From: Octopus vulgaris
Lineage: Eukaryota
NCBI GenBank assembly: GCA_951406725.2
Contig: OX597817.1
Span: 43,152,001 to 43,216,000 of the forward strand
DNA length: 64,000 nt
Reading direction: 5' to 3'
Shown here: one piece after another, positions 12,131-23,250 of the stretch
How positions within the stretch are numbered: the stretch's first letter is position 1
Layout of the letters: every line of letters begins with the position of its first letter
Position numbers and translations under genes: made by a program
The notes under the pieces: model-generated
What the model saw: the letters and a program-made list of their open reading frames with translations, nothing else
Told to the model about the DNA's origin: nothing
Databases searched by the model: none

Positions 12131-15100
12131 TTTGTATATATCATATATACACACATATACATATATATTCTAATATAGCTCCAGAGCACTGACAGATGGA
12201 AACTGAAAGGGCCTGTGTGTGAGTACCCTTGACTTAACATCACATAATTATTGTAAAATAACAACTAATCACGTACTGAGGTCAATTCAATTTATTATAC
12301 CACACTCTTTCACTAGACTTATAATTGCAAACTGTATATGTATATTTTATTAAAAATTTGAGTCACAGAAAAATTTATACTGTCATAAATGTACTGACAA
12401 TGTTTAGTCCCAGTAAATCTAACTGAAATCATAGTACACTTTAATCATATACATTACTATTTGAGCATGGCTATTTCCTTCTGACTTATTAAAAGATACT
12501 TTAAACATAAAATACAGTATAAGAGGATATCTTATTTTAGAGAAATCACATTCATGAGAAAGCAGTTATATACCTGCTGAGGCATCTAGTATAGTGACAG
12601 CTCCATCTAGGACACGTAGTGCTCGTTCAACTTCAACAGTAAAGTCAACATGACCTGGAAAGAACATATAGCAGAACATTTAGGAAAATATATTATATTA
12701 TATATATCATCATTATTTAACATCTGTTGTTCATGCTGGAATGGCTATGAAAAAAACCACAGCTATTAAATGAAATATGGTCACAGTTTAAAACATGAGG
12801 GATAAAGTTTAATGAAACTTGAAAATATGTGTAATTTATAGCAATACTGAACATGGGTGCAGGAGTGGCTGTGTGGTAAGTAGCTTGCTTACCAACCACA
12901 TGGTTCTGGGTTCAGTCCCACTGTGTGGCAACCTGGGCAAGTGTCTTCTACTATAGCCTCGGGCCGACCAAAGCCTTGTGAGTGGATTTGGTAGATGGAA
13001 ACTGAAAGAAGCCCGTTGTATATATGTATATTTATATGTGTATGTGTTTGTTTCCCCAACATTGCTTGACAACTGATGCTGGTTCGGCAAAAGAGACCGA
13101 CAGAATAAGTACTAGGCTTACAAAGAATAAGTCCTGGGATCGATTTGCTCGACTAAAGGTGGTGCTCCAGTGTGGCCACAGTCAAATGACTGAAACAAGT
13201 AAAAGAGTAAAGAGATAATTCATCCCCTTATTGTTCACCTTCCCGAGAATCATATCCCCCCATATCCCCTCATTTTGTCAACAGCAGCACTCACCACCAA
13301 TACCTTGATTCATCTCCTGCTATTTTCACCCTTATGTACCTCTAACTTCATCCCTGGCACTGTGTTCCATCCTGCGCCCCAACATTTCACATCTTTGTTG
13401 TCACCTACCACCTCTCTGACCCACACCTACGTCCTCTGCTATCCCCTCCAACTGACATTCACAATTAACCATCATCCCACTGTGTTCACTGACTGCATTT
13501 TCCTTATCCCCACCCCTATCCATCTGTCACCTGTCTTCACATTCCCACACACTTACCCACCGATACCACTTTTCTTGTATTCCCCTTCCTATAACTTGAC
13601 ACATCTTCAACACCATCACTCTTTACCAACTGTGGTAACTGTATATCTTAAGGCGGCGAGCTGGCAGAAACGTTAGCATGCCGGGCAAAATGCTTAGCGG
13701 TATTTTGTCAGCCATTACGTTTTGGGTTCAAATTCCGCCGAGGTCAACTTTGCCTTTTATCCTTTTGGGGTCAATTAAATAAGTACCAGTTATGCACTGG
13801 GGTTGATATAATTGACTTAATCCGTTTGTCTATCCTTGTTTGTCCCTTCTGTGTTTAGCCCCTTGTGGGTAGTAAAGAAATAGGTAACTGTATATCTCCC
13901 TACCTGTTCCTGTTCTGCTATCATACTTCAGCCTCTCATTACCTGGCATAAAGCCACTTCCTCAATACTTCTCCCTCACTCCTTAGCACCAGTGCCATGT
14001 AAAAAGCACCCAGTATACTCTGTAAAGTGGTTGGCATTAGGAAGGGCATCCAATTGTAGAAACCATGCCAAAGCAGATATTGGAGTTTGGTGCAGTCCTC
14101 TGGTTCACCAGCTGCTGTTGAATCGTCCAACCAAAGCCAGTATGGAAAATGGGGGTTAAACGATGATGCTGAATACTGTAGGTTGTGGTAATAAAATTTG
14201 CTTAGTCATAGAAGTCAGAGATAAAAAAAAAATAAGGCAGAATCTATCTGAAGAAACTAGCAATGGTCTGTATTGGCAAAACTAATTACTGAAATTTGTA
14301 AAACAAAATAAGTTCACGAGTCAGGAAAAGAAGTGAGTTCTGACATTCTGGGCTCCACAACAAAGCATGTAAACTTATTTTACAAATTTTTGAACAAAAT
14401 AGTTGGGACTTTTAAAAAAAACAAAACTAATATTGAGCAGTTGTATACTGTCAACTTAACGTGACAGTCCCATAAAGGGAATCACACCACTGCTATTTAG
14501 CCCTAGGAAGCATCAACACTTCCTGTTGGTCTTGACACATTTCCTGTGTCCTTATGTTTACAAGGGGGAGACAAGCACCCCCATCCAGCTAAGCCTGCAT
14601 CCAGAGACATGTTTCTGAGTCTTGCTCATCATCAGTCTGGAGTAGCATGGCTTGCTAGCTGCAGATGCCTGTCTAGACCTTGTAAAACTAATATTAATTT
14701 TTGAAATTTGGAGGGAAAACATTTTATGAATTTACATTAGCAGGCATGGCTGTGTAGAAAGAAGTATAGGTCCCAACCACATGAGTTGAGTCCCAACGTT
14801 TGACACATTTAGCAAATGTCTTCTAGTAGGCCCTGGGTCAACCAAATGGATTTGGCAGATGGAAATTGAAAGAAATCCATCGTGTGTGTGTGTGTACATT
14901 ACTGTCTCCTTGCCTTGATATCGTGTGATAGTTATAAACAAGTGACACTGCAATGCAAGTGGTGTCCTTCATCTTCAATCTTCTACAAAAAAGCACATCT
15001 TGTCATGGAAGCAGGTGAAAGTTGGTGACAGGAAAGGCATCTGGCCATTGAAAATCTGCCTTAACAAGTTCCGTCTGACCCACATGAGCATGGAAAAGTG

Positions 15101-18100
15101 GATGTTAAAATGATGGTGATGATGATAATGATAATAGAAAACAATAAATGATGATGAAAATAAGAAATATTCTTTACTACTCTAGGCACAAGACCTGAAA
15201 TTTTTAGGGAGGGGACCAGTCGATTAGATCAACCCCAGCATGCAACTGGTACTTAATTTATCAACCTCAAAAGGATGAAAGACAAAGTCGACCTCAGCAG
15301 AATTTGAACTCAGAATGTAAAGACAGACGAACTAGAGCTAAGCATTTTGCCCAGCATGCTAACATTTCTGCCAGCTTGCTGCCACAAAAATGAGAAATAT
15401 TGCTAAAGGTATTTTCAGGTTATAAAATTATAGAAATTCTGCTGTCATTTACTTTTATACTATACATTGAAACTGATCAAATATAAAGGCTTACTTTTTT
15501 TTATATTAATGTCATTCGTCACAGTGCATAGCTTGGATGGAGATCAGGGAATCTCTCTAGGTCAAGCGGCTACTTATCCACATTGAGAGGCCACAACTAC
15601 AGTGCTATGGACATATTACATCAAATAAGAAGTATTAACTAGAGATTTTTCAATCAGAGAAATTAAATACAAAATTTACTAACAACTTCTATTTTAAATT
15701 TATAGAAGAAAAATCAACATCATACCTGGAGTATCAATTAAATTGAGTTTGTGTTTCTTCCAGTAACAAGTGACAGCAGCTGAAGTGATGGTAATTCCTC
15801 TGTTGCGTTCTTGTTCCATGTAATCAGTCACAGTGGTCCCTTGATCAACATTTCCTAAATATTAAAATGAAGTTGTCATTATCCCAATTGAAGAAAACCA
15901 GAATATATAAGTTAAGTTAAATATCTTAGGGCCATACTCATGAGTAATCGGAGGCAGGAGGCTCAAGTGAATGCTAGAATATCAGATGGTGGCACAGTAA
16001 TGTGCTAGCTTTAGCATTTGATTCTCATAAGAGGAGAAGCTGGTAGAAAAGCCAAACTTGCTATCTTCAATTTGATTTTTGTGTGTATCCCCACCTATGG
16101 TCATGAATGTTGTGTAATGATCATAAGAGTATGATTGCGAATACAAGTGGCCAAAATGGGGTTCCTCTGAAAGACCTCTGGAATTATGTTATTCGTCACT
16201 GTGCATAGCTTGGATGGAGATCAGGGAATCTCTCTAGGTCAAGCGGCTACTTATCCACATTGAGAGGCCACAACTACAGTGCTATGGACATGTGGTTTCA
16301 GGAAAGGATCACAAGACAGATTCTTTAAGCGAAGCTAACTGGTAGGAGACCTAGGGGTAAATCAAGAACGAGATGGTTGAATAATATCCATAGTCTCAGT
16401 AGGTCACACTTGGGAATCCAGCAGGGTAAGTCAGTTCTGATTGGACCTTGTGGAGGAAGTGGCTGAAGACCTTGTTCTTACAACCCTCTAGGAATAGGGA
16501 AAATGAATGGGTGGATGGAAACCAGAATATTTATAATGTACTGAAAAATATAACTAATATAACAATGGACGGATCTTTTCGGATTGAACGGCAGTTTTTT
16601 CTAGCGGTGTCATATGAAATTGTCGCCCGTAATTATGACCCTAGAATCGATCTATTGCATTTCAATCTGTTTTAAGGTTAGGGTTAGTTAGGGTTAGGGG
16701 TGGGAGAAGGGTATCTTTTTTTTCTTCAGAAATGTAAATAAACCCAATCTGTTTCTTAAACGAGTGACATATTCATACGGCACAGAATGTTTTTTACTTC
16801 AATAGACGTCATTGATTGGTTGAAATTGCAGAAATTGAAGAAAAGAAAAACAACAAATATCTTACAAACTATAGAATTTTCTCAATAAAGCCAAGAGAAA
16901 AAGATGTTTTATAAACACATTCTATCAGTATACGAAGTTTAAAATTTTTTAGTTACCTAGAAATTATGTTAAAAACTGCCTTTCAAACCGAAAAGATCCC
17001 AATGGACTAGCCTACCAATAACAGAAGTAAAATAAACAAAGCCGACACCTAGAGATTATTTGAAGGCAATGCACAGAGAAAGTCCTAAATTTGGTAGGGA
17101 GTTGCTTTAATTGACTCATTGTTACCTCCCCTAGGTCAATATCGTCTACCAAGTATTTATGTGAAAATAATGTAATGGATACATATTATGGATACCCATC
17201 AAATAAATACAAATAAAAACGACGATAGGTTGTGATAATCTGCTGCTAGTATTATATTTTGAACCAAGCTAATGCATTGTATATTGCTGCGTCCTCTTCT
17301 CCCATCAGAACACATTAGCCTTATGCAAAGTTGATCCTCGACTCTAGCTGTCTGAAGTTCTCAATAACAATATACCAAAGTTTTAACAATGCAGTACACT
17401 TATCTATTTCCTAAACGAATATATGCGTTAAATATGTGATTTCCAATAATCATTTATTTAATCAGGTATTGAAACTTATGGAAAATGCGATTGACGTCCA
17501 TGCTTTTCTCAAGGGCATTATCTATGTAAGGGAAGTGAAATTACTACAACTAAATAAAAAATTCACGTCATGGGAAACGTCCTGGACCTTAAGAAAGGTG
17601 TGTTTGGCCGGCACATCTATCCAGAGTATCCAGAAAATCAAAGAAGAATCCTGTGAATATCTTATGGGACCTTCCCTTACTAAAAGAAAAACGGCACAGT
17701 CACCTTGAATTTTGAGAGGAGCTGCCATCTCTGGTTGCTGAAGGAGTCTTGTTCCTTGTAAAACATTTTTTTCATAGAGGGCCTGAGAGCTTCTACGTTG
17801 TCTTTCCTCTTTTCTACTTTAGCCACAAAGCCCGAATTTTAGGGGAGGAGACCAGTAGGTTAGATCGACCCCAGTACACAACTGGTACTTAATTTATCGA
17901 CCCCGAAAGGATGAAATGCAAAGTCGACCTCGGCGGAATTTGAATACAGAACGAAACGGCAGACGAAATACTACTAAGCATTTCGCCCGGCGTGCTAACG
18001 TTTCTGCCAGCTCGCCGCCTTTGTTGTCCTTCCTCTTGTTAGAACAAGCAGTCACATTTACCTTAAATCTCACCTTTTAGTCTTTAAAAATATGAATGAA

Positions 18101-19275
18101 TGAAGCACACATTGTATGTTAGTCTTTAATGAAAAAAGAAAAGAAAAAGTTTGAAAAATCAAAACCTCCTAAGGGTCACAACTGGAATTTTTAATAGCTT
18201 GGTCAAAGGAACAGTAACACCCACCCATAAAGCTTTTCAGAACTTCTATGAGTGGTGGAAGGAAAGGAAGAAGTCATTCTTAGACCGGAGTTTTGGTTTG
18301 AATGCTTGAAAGAGAAAAGACTCCGCTAAGGCACCAAAGGATTAAGAATGCCTTTAGTTATAGGTGTGTCGATTAGTGCTGACAATCAATACGCTGTATA
18401 ATCAAACTTTTATATAAGAATTGTCAGACTGATCAATGTGTTTTCTTTAGCTTTCACAGTTGGGATCTTTTCTGTTTGAACGGCAGTTTTTTCTAGCGGT
18501 GTCATATGAAATTGTCACCTATAATTATGACCCTAGTATCGATCTATTGCATTTCAATCTATTTTAGGGTTGGTTAGGGTTAGGGATGGGGGAATGGTAT
18601 CTTTTTTTTCTCCAGAAATGTAAATAAACCCAATCTGTTTCTTAAACGAGGGACATATTCATACGGCACAGAATGTTTTCACCTCAATAGATGTCATTGA
18701 TTGGTTGAAATTACAGAAATTGAAGAAAAAAACAACAAATATCTTACAAACTATAGAATTTTCTCAATAAACCCAAGAGAAAAAGATGTTTTATAAACAC
18801 ATTCTACCAGTATACGAAGTTTAAAAGTGTTTAGTTACGTGGAAATTATTTAAAAAAACTGCCGGTCAAACCGAAAAGATCCAATAGTTGCGCTAGCATT
18901 GACGATATTTAGCATAAATACAGTACAATCTCTTACGAATAGTTTCTTCAGGATCGCTCAATGACAAATTCACTAGAATGAAATAAGAAATAAATCTTAC
19001 GGAATTAAGATAAACATACCTAAATATCGGGTAAAACCAGTATAATAGAGAATTCTTTCAGTGGTTGTTGTTTTTCCGGCATCGATGTGAGCCAGAATCC
19101 CAATATTTCGTACACTTTCTATTTCGATGTCCTTCGAAGTTTTGAAGGAAGCATGTTTACATGCATTTGTATTGAAATATTTTCGGAAGGTTAGATCTCT
19201 AATACGATGCAGTTGTGTTGTCTTAAGAAGCATTTTTGGCCACTGTATCGTTCTCCTGCCAATAACTAACGACAT
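4217..19275 (-). CDS. GFM2: Ribosome-releasing factor 2, mitochondrial (EF-G2mt); join of 8 exons: 19020-19275, 15726-15854, 12574-12654, 10487-11286, 9314-9711, 8436-8635, 5124-5290, 4217-4486 (2301 nt, 766 aa)
   Basis: Manually spliced ORF with GT-AG introns and consistent phases (1,1,1,0,2,1,0). It has the translational GTPase motifs G1 [11 protein letters not shown]2 ERNRGITI, G3 DTPGHVDF, G4 NKMD and G5 GSSL, plus EF-G domain III GMGELHL and [21 protein letters not shown] and [13 protein letters not shown] are GFM2-type rather than GFM1-type. The basic N-terminus resembles a mitochondrial presequence. Confidence 0.95.
5124..5290 (-). CDS. GFM2: GFM2 coding exon 7
   Basis: ttcag|...[15 protein letters not shown]...[10 protein letters not shown]|GTAACA. 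Confidence 0.93.
6400..6895. mobile_element. Tc1/mariner-superfamily (Tc2/pogo-like) MITE
   Basis: TA|CCGTAAATCCTTGAATA ... TATACTTGAGGATTTATGG|TA imperfect TIRs with TA TSD. Confidence 0.7.
7127..7351 (-). mobile_element. SINE family A copy; further copies about 1270-1455(-), 15170-15385(-), 17810-18021(-), 23662-23878(+), 28215-28582(-), 32495-32840(-), 41670-41850(-), 44150-44365(-)
   Basis: Shared head GGCGGCGAGCTGGCAGAA, B box GAGTTCAAATTC and central GCCTTTCATCCTTTCGGGGTCGATAAATTAAGTACC (resembles the conserved Meta-type SINE domain; from memory, unverified). Confidence 0.85.
7404..7640 (+). mobile_element. tRNA-derived CORE-type SINE (family D); other copies about 11590-11833(-), 27298-27580(+), 32140-32340(+), 33460-33750(-), 62070-62310(+), 62330-62650(+)
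   Basis: A box TGGCTTAGTGG, B box GGTTCGATTC, CORE-like CTTGAGCAAAACACTTCATTTCAC...AAAATGAG. Confidence 0.8.
7746..7904. mobile_element. Mariner-type MITE
   Basis: TA|TGAGGGGGTGCTGAGAAGTT ... AACTTTTCAGCACCCCCTCA|TA. Confidence 0.8.
8436..8635 (-). CDS. GFM2: GFM2 coding exon 6 (domain IV)
   Basis: tttag|...[26 protein letters not shown]...[12 protein letters not shown], donor G|GTTACA (weak but phase-consistent). Confidence 0.9.
9314..9711 (-). CDS. GFM2: GFM2 coding exon 5 (domain III)
   Basis: tttcag|TITGDSLV...EDPTL...[10 protein letters not shown]...[10 protein letters not shown], donor GTAAGA. Confidence 0.95.
10487..11286 (-). CDS. GFM2: GFM2 coding exon 4 (800 nt; G4, G5, domain II)
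   Basis: Core of ORF 10430..11299; acceptor taaag|GTGTGG, donor CAG|GTAATG. Confidence 0.95.
12574..12654 (-). CDS. GFM2: GFM2 coding exon 3
   Basis: ttccag|...[26 protein letters not shown]|GTATAT; not in the ORF track. Confidence 0.95.
12853..13216 (+). mobile_element. tRNA-derived SINE family B with internal (TA)/(TG) microsatellite; further copies about 19826-20250(+), 21905-22335(-), 25768-26170(-), 41023-41420(-), 46786-47196(-), 52768-53163(+), 55123-55528(+), 59640-60040(-)
   Basis: Head GGAGTGGCTGTGTGG...GGTTCAGTCCC, body GGATTTGGTAGACGGAAACTGAAAGAAGCCC, tail (TAAAAGAG)n; more than 10 copies in the window. Confidence 0.88.
13649..13882 (+). mobile_element. Full-length SINE family A monomer with 15-bp TSD
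   Basis: TSD GGTAACTGTATATCT at 13634-13648 and 13883-13897. Confidence 0.9.
14601..14640 (-). ncRNA. Type I hammerhead ribozyme in GFM2 intron 2 (sense)
   Basis: Minus strand CCAGA-CUGAUGA-UGAG(caaga)CUCA-GAAAC-AU-GUC-UCUGG: complete core, stems I and II, palindromic ACAUGU stem III, GUC triplet. Confidence 0.85.
15726..15854 (-). CDS. GFM2: GFM2 coding exon 2 (switch I, G2, start of G3)
   Basis: tttag|...[42 protein letters not shown]|GTATG; not in the ORF track. Confidence 0.95.
16050..16500 (+). mobile_element. Degraded RTE-clade LINE 3' fragment
   Basis: Interrupted translation PTYGHECCV..., [22 protein letters not shown] typical of RTE C-termini. Confidence 0.6.
16571..16999. mobile_element. 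TTAGGG-containing MITE, copy 1
   Basis: ~30-bp TIRs GGATCTTTTCGG.TTGAACGGCAGTTTTT; 8-bp TSD CAATGGAC; internal TTAGGG repeats. Confidence 0.9.
18463..18882. mobile_element. TTAGGG-containing MITE, copy 2
   Basis: Same TIRs and body; degenerate TSD CACAGTTG/AATAGTTG. Confidence 0.88.
19020..19275 (-). CDS. GFM2: GFM2 coding exon 1 (presequence and G1)
   Basis: ATG at 19275, MSLVIGRR...[32 protein letters not shown], donor G|GTATGT; the downstream Met (MLLKT) is an alternative start. Confidence 0.9.
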
Positions 19276-19334
19276 TACGCAGGTTAGAAAGTGATCTCAC
19301 TTAGAATTTTGCTAATTAAATACCAACATGTGAA

Positions 19335-19355
19335 TTAATTGGGCGCCGCCATTTT
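19335..19355 (-). promoter_or_regulatory. YY1-type motif (AAAATGGCGGC) near the likely GFM2 TSS; also forms a micro-uORF MAAPN*
   Basis: Plus strand GCCGCCATTTT at 19345-19355; its ATG lies 77 nt upstream of the CDS ATG and is out of frame. Confidence 0.55.
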
Positions 19356-19986
19356 CAGATTCAAGGGAAACAACTCTATGAGACTATTTTTCCCCATTTA
19401 TTTTCGATTTCTATTTTAGATTTCTATATGGCTTTCAAATTTTGACGTAATTTAAACACAGAACGTAAATACAGACGGAATGCTGCTGAGCATATTGACC
19501 GGCGTGATCACGATTCTGCCAGTTTGCTTAGCATCAGCCAAATCCTTAGACAGAGTATGAGAGCCCCGACTGTGGCTTGAGTGCATTAGTCTCAATTTAT
19601 GGATCTTGTATGTTACCAATGCTTGATTTCCAAGAATCAGCTATTTCTGTACAAATCATCATTGGTGGTAGAAGCTACTTTATAGGAGGAAGATGTGAGG
19701 TATTCTTTTTAGCCAGTTAGCACTCATCACTCATGCCCTGTCTAAGGATTTGGCCGATGCTAAGCAAGCTGGCAGAATCGTGATCAAGACGGTCAATATG
19801 CTCAGCAGTATTTCGTCCGTCTTTACGCGCAGGAATGGCTGTGTGGCAAGTAGCTTGCTTACCAACCACATGGTTCGGGTTCAGTCCCACTGCGTGGCAC
19901 CTTGGGCAAGTGTCTTCTACTATAGCCTCGGGCCGACCAAAGTTTTCTGAGTGGATTTGGTAGACGGAAACTGAAAGAAGCCCGTC

Positions 19987-20047
<61 letters not shown>

Positions 20048-20249
20048 TGTGTGTGTGTGTGTCCGTCCGTCCCAACATCGCTTAGCAACCGATGCTGGTG
20101 TGTTTATGTCCCCGTAACGTAACGGTTCAGCAAAAGAGACCGATAGAATAAGTACTAGGCTTACAAAGAATAAGTCCTGTGGTCGATTTGCTCGACTAAA
20201 GGCGCTGCCCTAGCATGGCCGCAGTCAAATGACTGAAACAAGTAAAAGA

Positions 20250-20509
20250 AGGCTGGGCTCAGAAGCGAGATGTACGTCAAGGTTATGTGGCATAGGAGTA
20301 GGCGAGGATACTAACAGATACAGGCAATTGAGAATGGTAAATGATTCAGACAGTGTGAGAGGAGACTGTTTGTCAAGGGTAGTCGTGAACATGGAAATCA
20401 CCGAAGACGATGACTTCAGAGACAGGTGGTGTGAAAGAGATGTCCTTAATGCAGGACTACCGATAAATGAAGGGGTTCAGAATAAGTTAAAGACCGTTGA
20501 AAGGAATGA

Positions 20510-20510
<1 letters not shown>
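20250..20510 (-). mobile_element. Old LINE AP-endonuclease fragment
   Basis: Minus-strand VIVFGDFHVH resembles the APE GDFN motif. Confidence 0.4.
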
Positions 20511-20562
<52 letters not shown>

Positions 20563-21035
20563 TGTGTACAGTGCTCAGGTGCACTACAACTCATCTAAAG
20601 TGTATATATAATCAGGTGTAGTTTCGGCGGATTTCGGAAAGCATGAGGGCCTTAAAGGATGCAGTGTCATGGCAGTCAACAACTGACGCAGGCAGTTTAT
20701 TCCATGCTTCAGCAACTCTGAGCGTGAAAAAATGTTTCCGAAAGTCATGGGAGCTGTGTTGTTTTCTGACTTTGTAGGCATGTCCACGTGTGTTAGACAC
20801 ATGGAGATCAAAAAGGTGTTCAGTGTTGTTGTTGGTGAGGTGGTTGATAACTTTGTGGGCGTTTACCAAGTCCGTCACCAGACGCCGGAGCTTCAGTGAA
20901 TCCATGCCCAGGGAAACAAGGCGCTTAGAATATGGTAGGTGTCTGATGGAGGGTATGCGTTTGGTTGCACGTCTCTGGACAGATTCCAGGAGGTTAATGT
21001 TCTGAACAAGATAGGGGTTCCAAACTGATGATGCA
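20511..21035 (-). mobile_element. CR1-type LINE, 5'-truncated, with (TTA)n tail
   Basis: SSVWNPY...LESVQRRATK...RL..LGMDSLKLRR...TRGH...FFTLRVAEAWNKLP motifs. Confidence 0.85.
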
Positions 21036-21145
21036 GATTAGAGTTAGATTAGAGTAAGAGTTAGATTAATTGGAAGTTTTGATGATGAAGACCAGTGGAG
21101 AGATGTATGTGATAGGGAGGGTAGAATATTGAGGGTATTCTAGAC

Positions 21146-21449
21146 CAGTCCTTCTCAAACTATCTGATGTGGCGTACCGGCAGTTTTTTTCCCCCCAATG
21201 TGTCAGGGACCGGTAATATTTCTTAGTAATATCAAGTTATACCGGAAACAATTTATATAATGAATATAATAAAAGTTGACAATTTAAAAAATCTTATATC
21301 AATTTTGTAAGCAAATAATACAATATTACATAAGCATTTTATAAGCATTTTATAATGTTTCTTTCTTTTCTGGGAAACTCGCTGCGTACCGGCAGTTGAT
21401 GGCTCGCGGACCGGCACCGGTCCGCGGACCACCACTTTTAGTAGCAATG
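21146..21449. mobile_element. hAT (Charlie-like) MITE
   Basis: Termini CAGTCCTTCTCAAA / TTTTAGTAGCAATG; 8-bp TSD TTCTAGAC/TTCTAGGC. Confidence 0.75.
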
Positions 21450-22111
21450 TTCTAGGCTGCAGAAATGAGATCGACTTAGAATTGCGGTTAACAACTTTTT
21501 ATCATAGTGATCCATTTTGTAAAATCAATGAACCTCTGCGCAGCCCCTTTTGAAGAATATTAAAAAAAACCATTTTCCAAAAATGTAAAACGTAAAATTT
21601 GCTACTTTTTTTTTAGAGAATATCACCCAGTCACTAACGTAGCTAGAATGTGTGCCGCCCGGGGCGGCCCTTCTATTTGCCATCTCCAAACCCCACAAGA
21701 AAACCAAAAAAACAAACAAAAACAAAACACACACACATACACCCACACACACACCCACACACACACATTACCTACAGCAAACCCCGAAGTGCAGCCCGGG
21801 ACGGATCGCCCGGGACTTTAGAAAATGCATACAATACTCGAATATCTTGAAAACTATGTTATTAATAACTTTGTACTAATAAGTATGATTAATAAAACAG
21901 TTAGTCTTTACTCTTTTACTTGTTTCAGTCATTTGACCGCGGCCATGCTGGAGCACTGTCTTTAGTCCAGCAAATCGACCCCAGGACTTATTCTTTGAAA
22001 GCCTAGTACTTATTCTATCGGTCTCTTTTGCCGAACTGCTAAGTTACGGGGACGTAAACACACCAGCATCGGTTGTCAAGCGATGTTGGGGGTACAAACA
22101 CAGACACGCAA

Positions 22112-22179
<68 letters not shown>

Positions 22180-22779
22180 GACGGGCTTTTTTCAGTTTCC
22201 GTCTACCAAATCCACTCACAAAGCTTTGATCGGCTCGAGGCTATAGTAGAAGACACTTGCCCAAGGTGCCACGCAGTGGGACTGAACCCGGAACCATGTG
22301 GTTGGTAAGCAAGCTACTTACCACACAGCCGCTCAAGCAATAATTCTCAATATTTTGTCTTTATTATGAACTTTTCTTATTTTACTTTCCATCCAAAGGA
22401 CGCCAGAGATTTTTTGATTGATCTCCGATATGCCCACAAAGTAAAAATTATTGAGAGCCAGTGTTGCTGAGGAGGGAGAATTGCCTACAGAAAGAACGTT
22501 TTATGTGATTTTACATTTTCAATGGATTGCATAAGAAATGAATGCCTGTTAGTAGTGTAGTTGAAATTCAACGGCCGTTCGAAATACTTAGATTACTGGA
22601 GTATGAACCCTGAACTTAGAGACATGAAGATCTGAGATTAGGCACCGTTGCTCATGGTTTCAAACCCCTGTCACATCTGGCAGCAAGCTTCCTCAGGGAA
22701 ACCTATTCCAGCTGTATTCTCTTAAAAAAAAAAGAAGAGAAAAAGAAGTCTGTTCCCTCCACACCTGTAAAGAGTGTCG

Positions 22780-23190
22780 GTCCTGTTGTTGGAGTCCTGT
22801 TGTTTCGTTGTTCTGCATCTCTGTCTTCGAAGAGAGAAGCGTTGTCGCCATTCAGCTTTCTTCCTCAATTGTATTTTCGTCGACCAGCAAATCTTGCTTC
22901 GTCGATCTAAATGGGGTTATCGTTTGTTCTAACCATCTTCCTTCGTCGTTCATGATGAACTATGGTTCCACACACCTCGCGGCACATTTTGTACCAGTCA
23001 GTTATCGTATTTTTAGATTTTCCTGTCAGAGTCACAGCTGTGGTCATGGGTAGATCCATAGCAAAGAAAAATATCAGTTCTAAAATCCCACTCAGGCTCA
23101 GCTTGCAGTTTAATTTGTTATTAATGTTCGTATAATGGAAAAATTGGATGCCTTTATTAACTGAACGTTTAAGGTAGATAACCTTGGCTA
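22780..23190 (-). pseudogene. Merlin/IS1595-like (ISXO2-like) transposase relic
   Basis: TITDWYKMCREVC...PI*IDEARFAGRRKYN*GR matches the Merlin DW...REVC and (V/I)QIDE..F..RKYNRGR motifs, with C-to-T nonsense changes. Confidence 0.8.
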
Positions 23191-23250
23191 TACTGTTTGA
23201 CAACGTGGTAGACTGCATACAATACTAGCACCAAGATTTGCTCCAGGTGG

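Noticed and set aside
16670-16705. TTAGGG repeats as a telomere or fusion relic
   Set aside because: Short and internal to a MITE present in three copies
17436-17728. Overlapping ORFs in GFM2 intron 1, one starting MAAP
   Set aside because: No recognisable domain and not needed for the GFM2 frame
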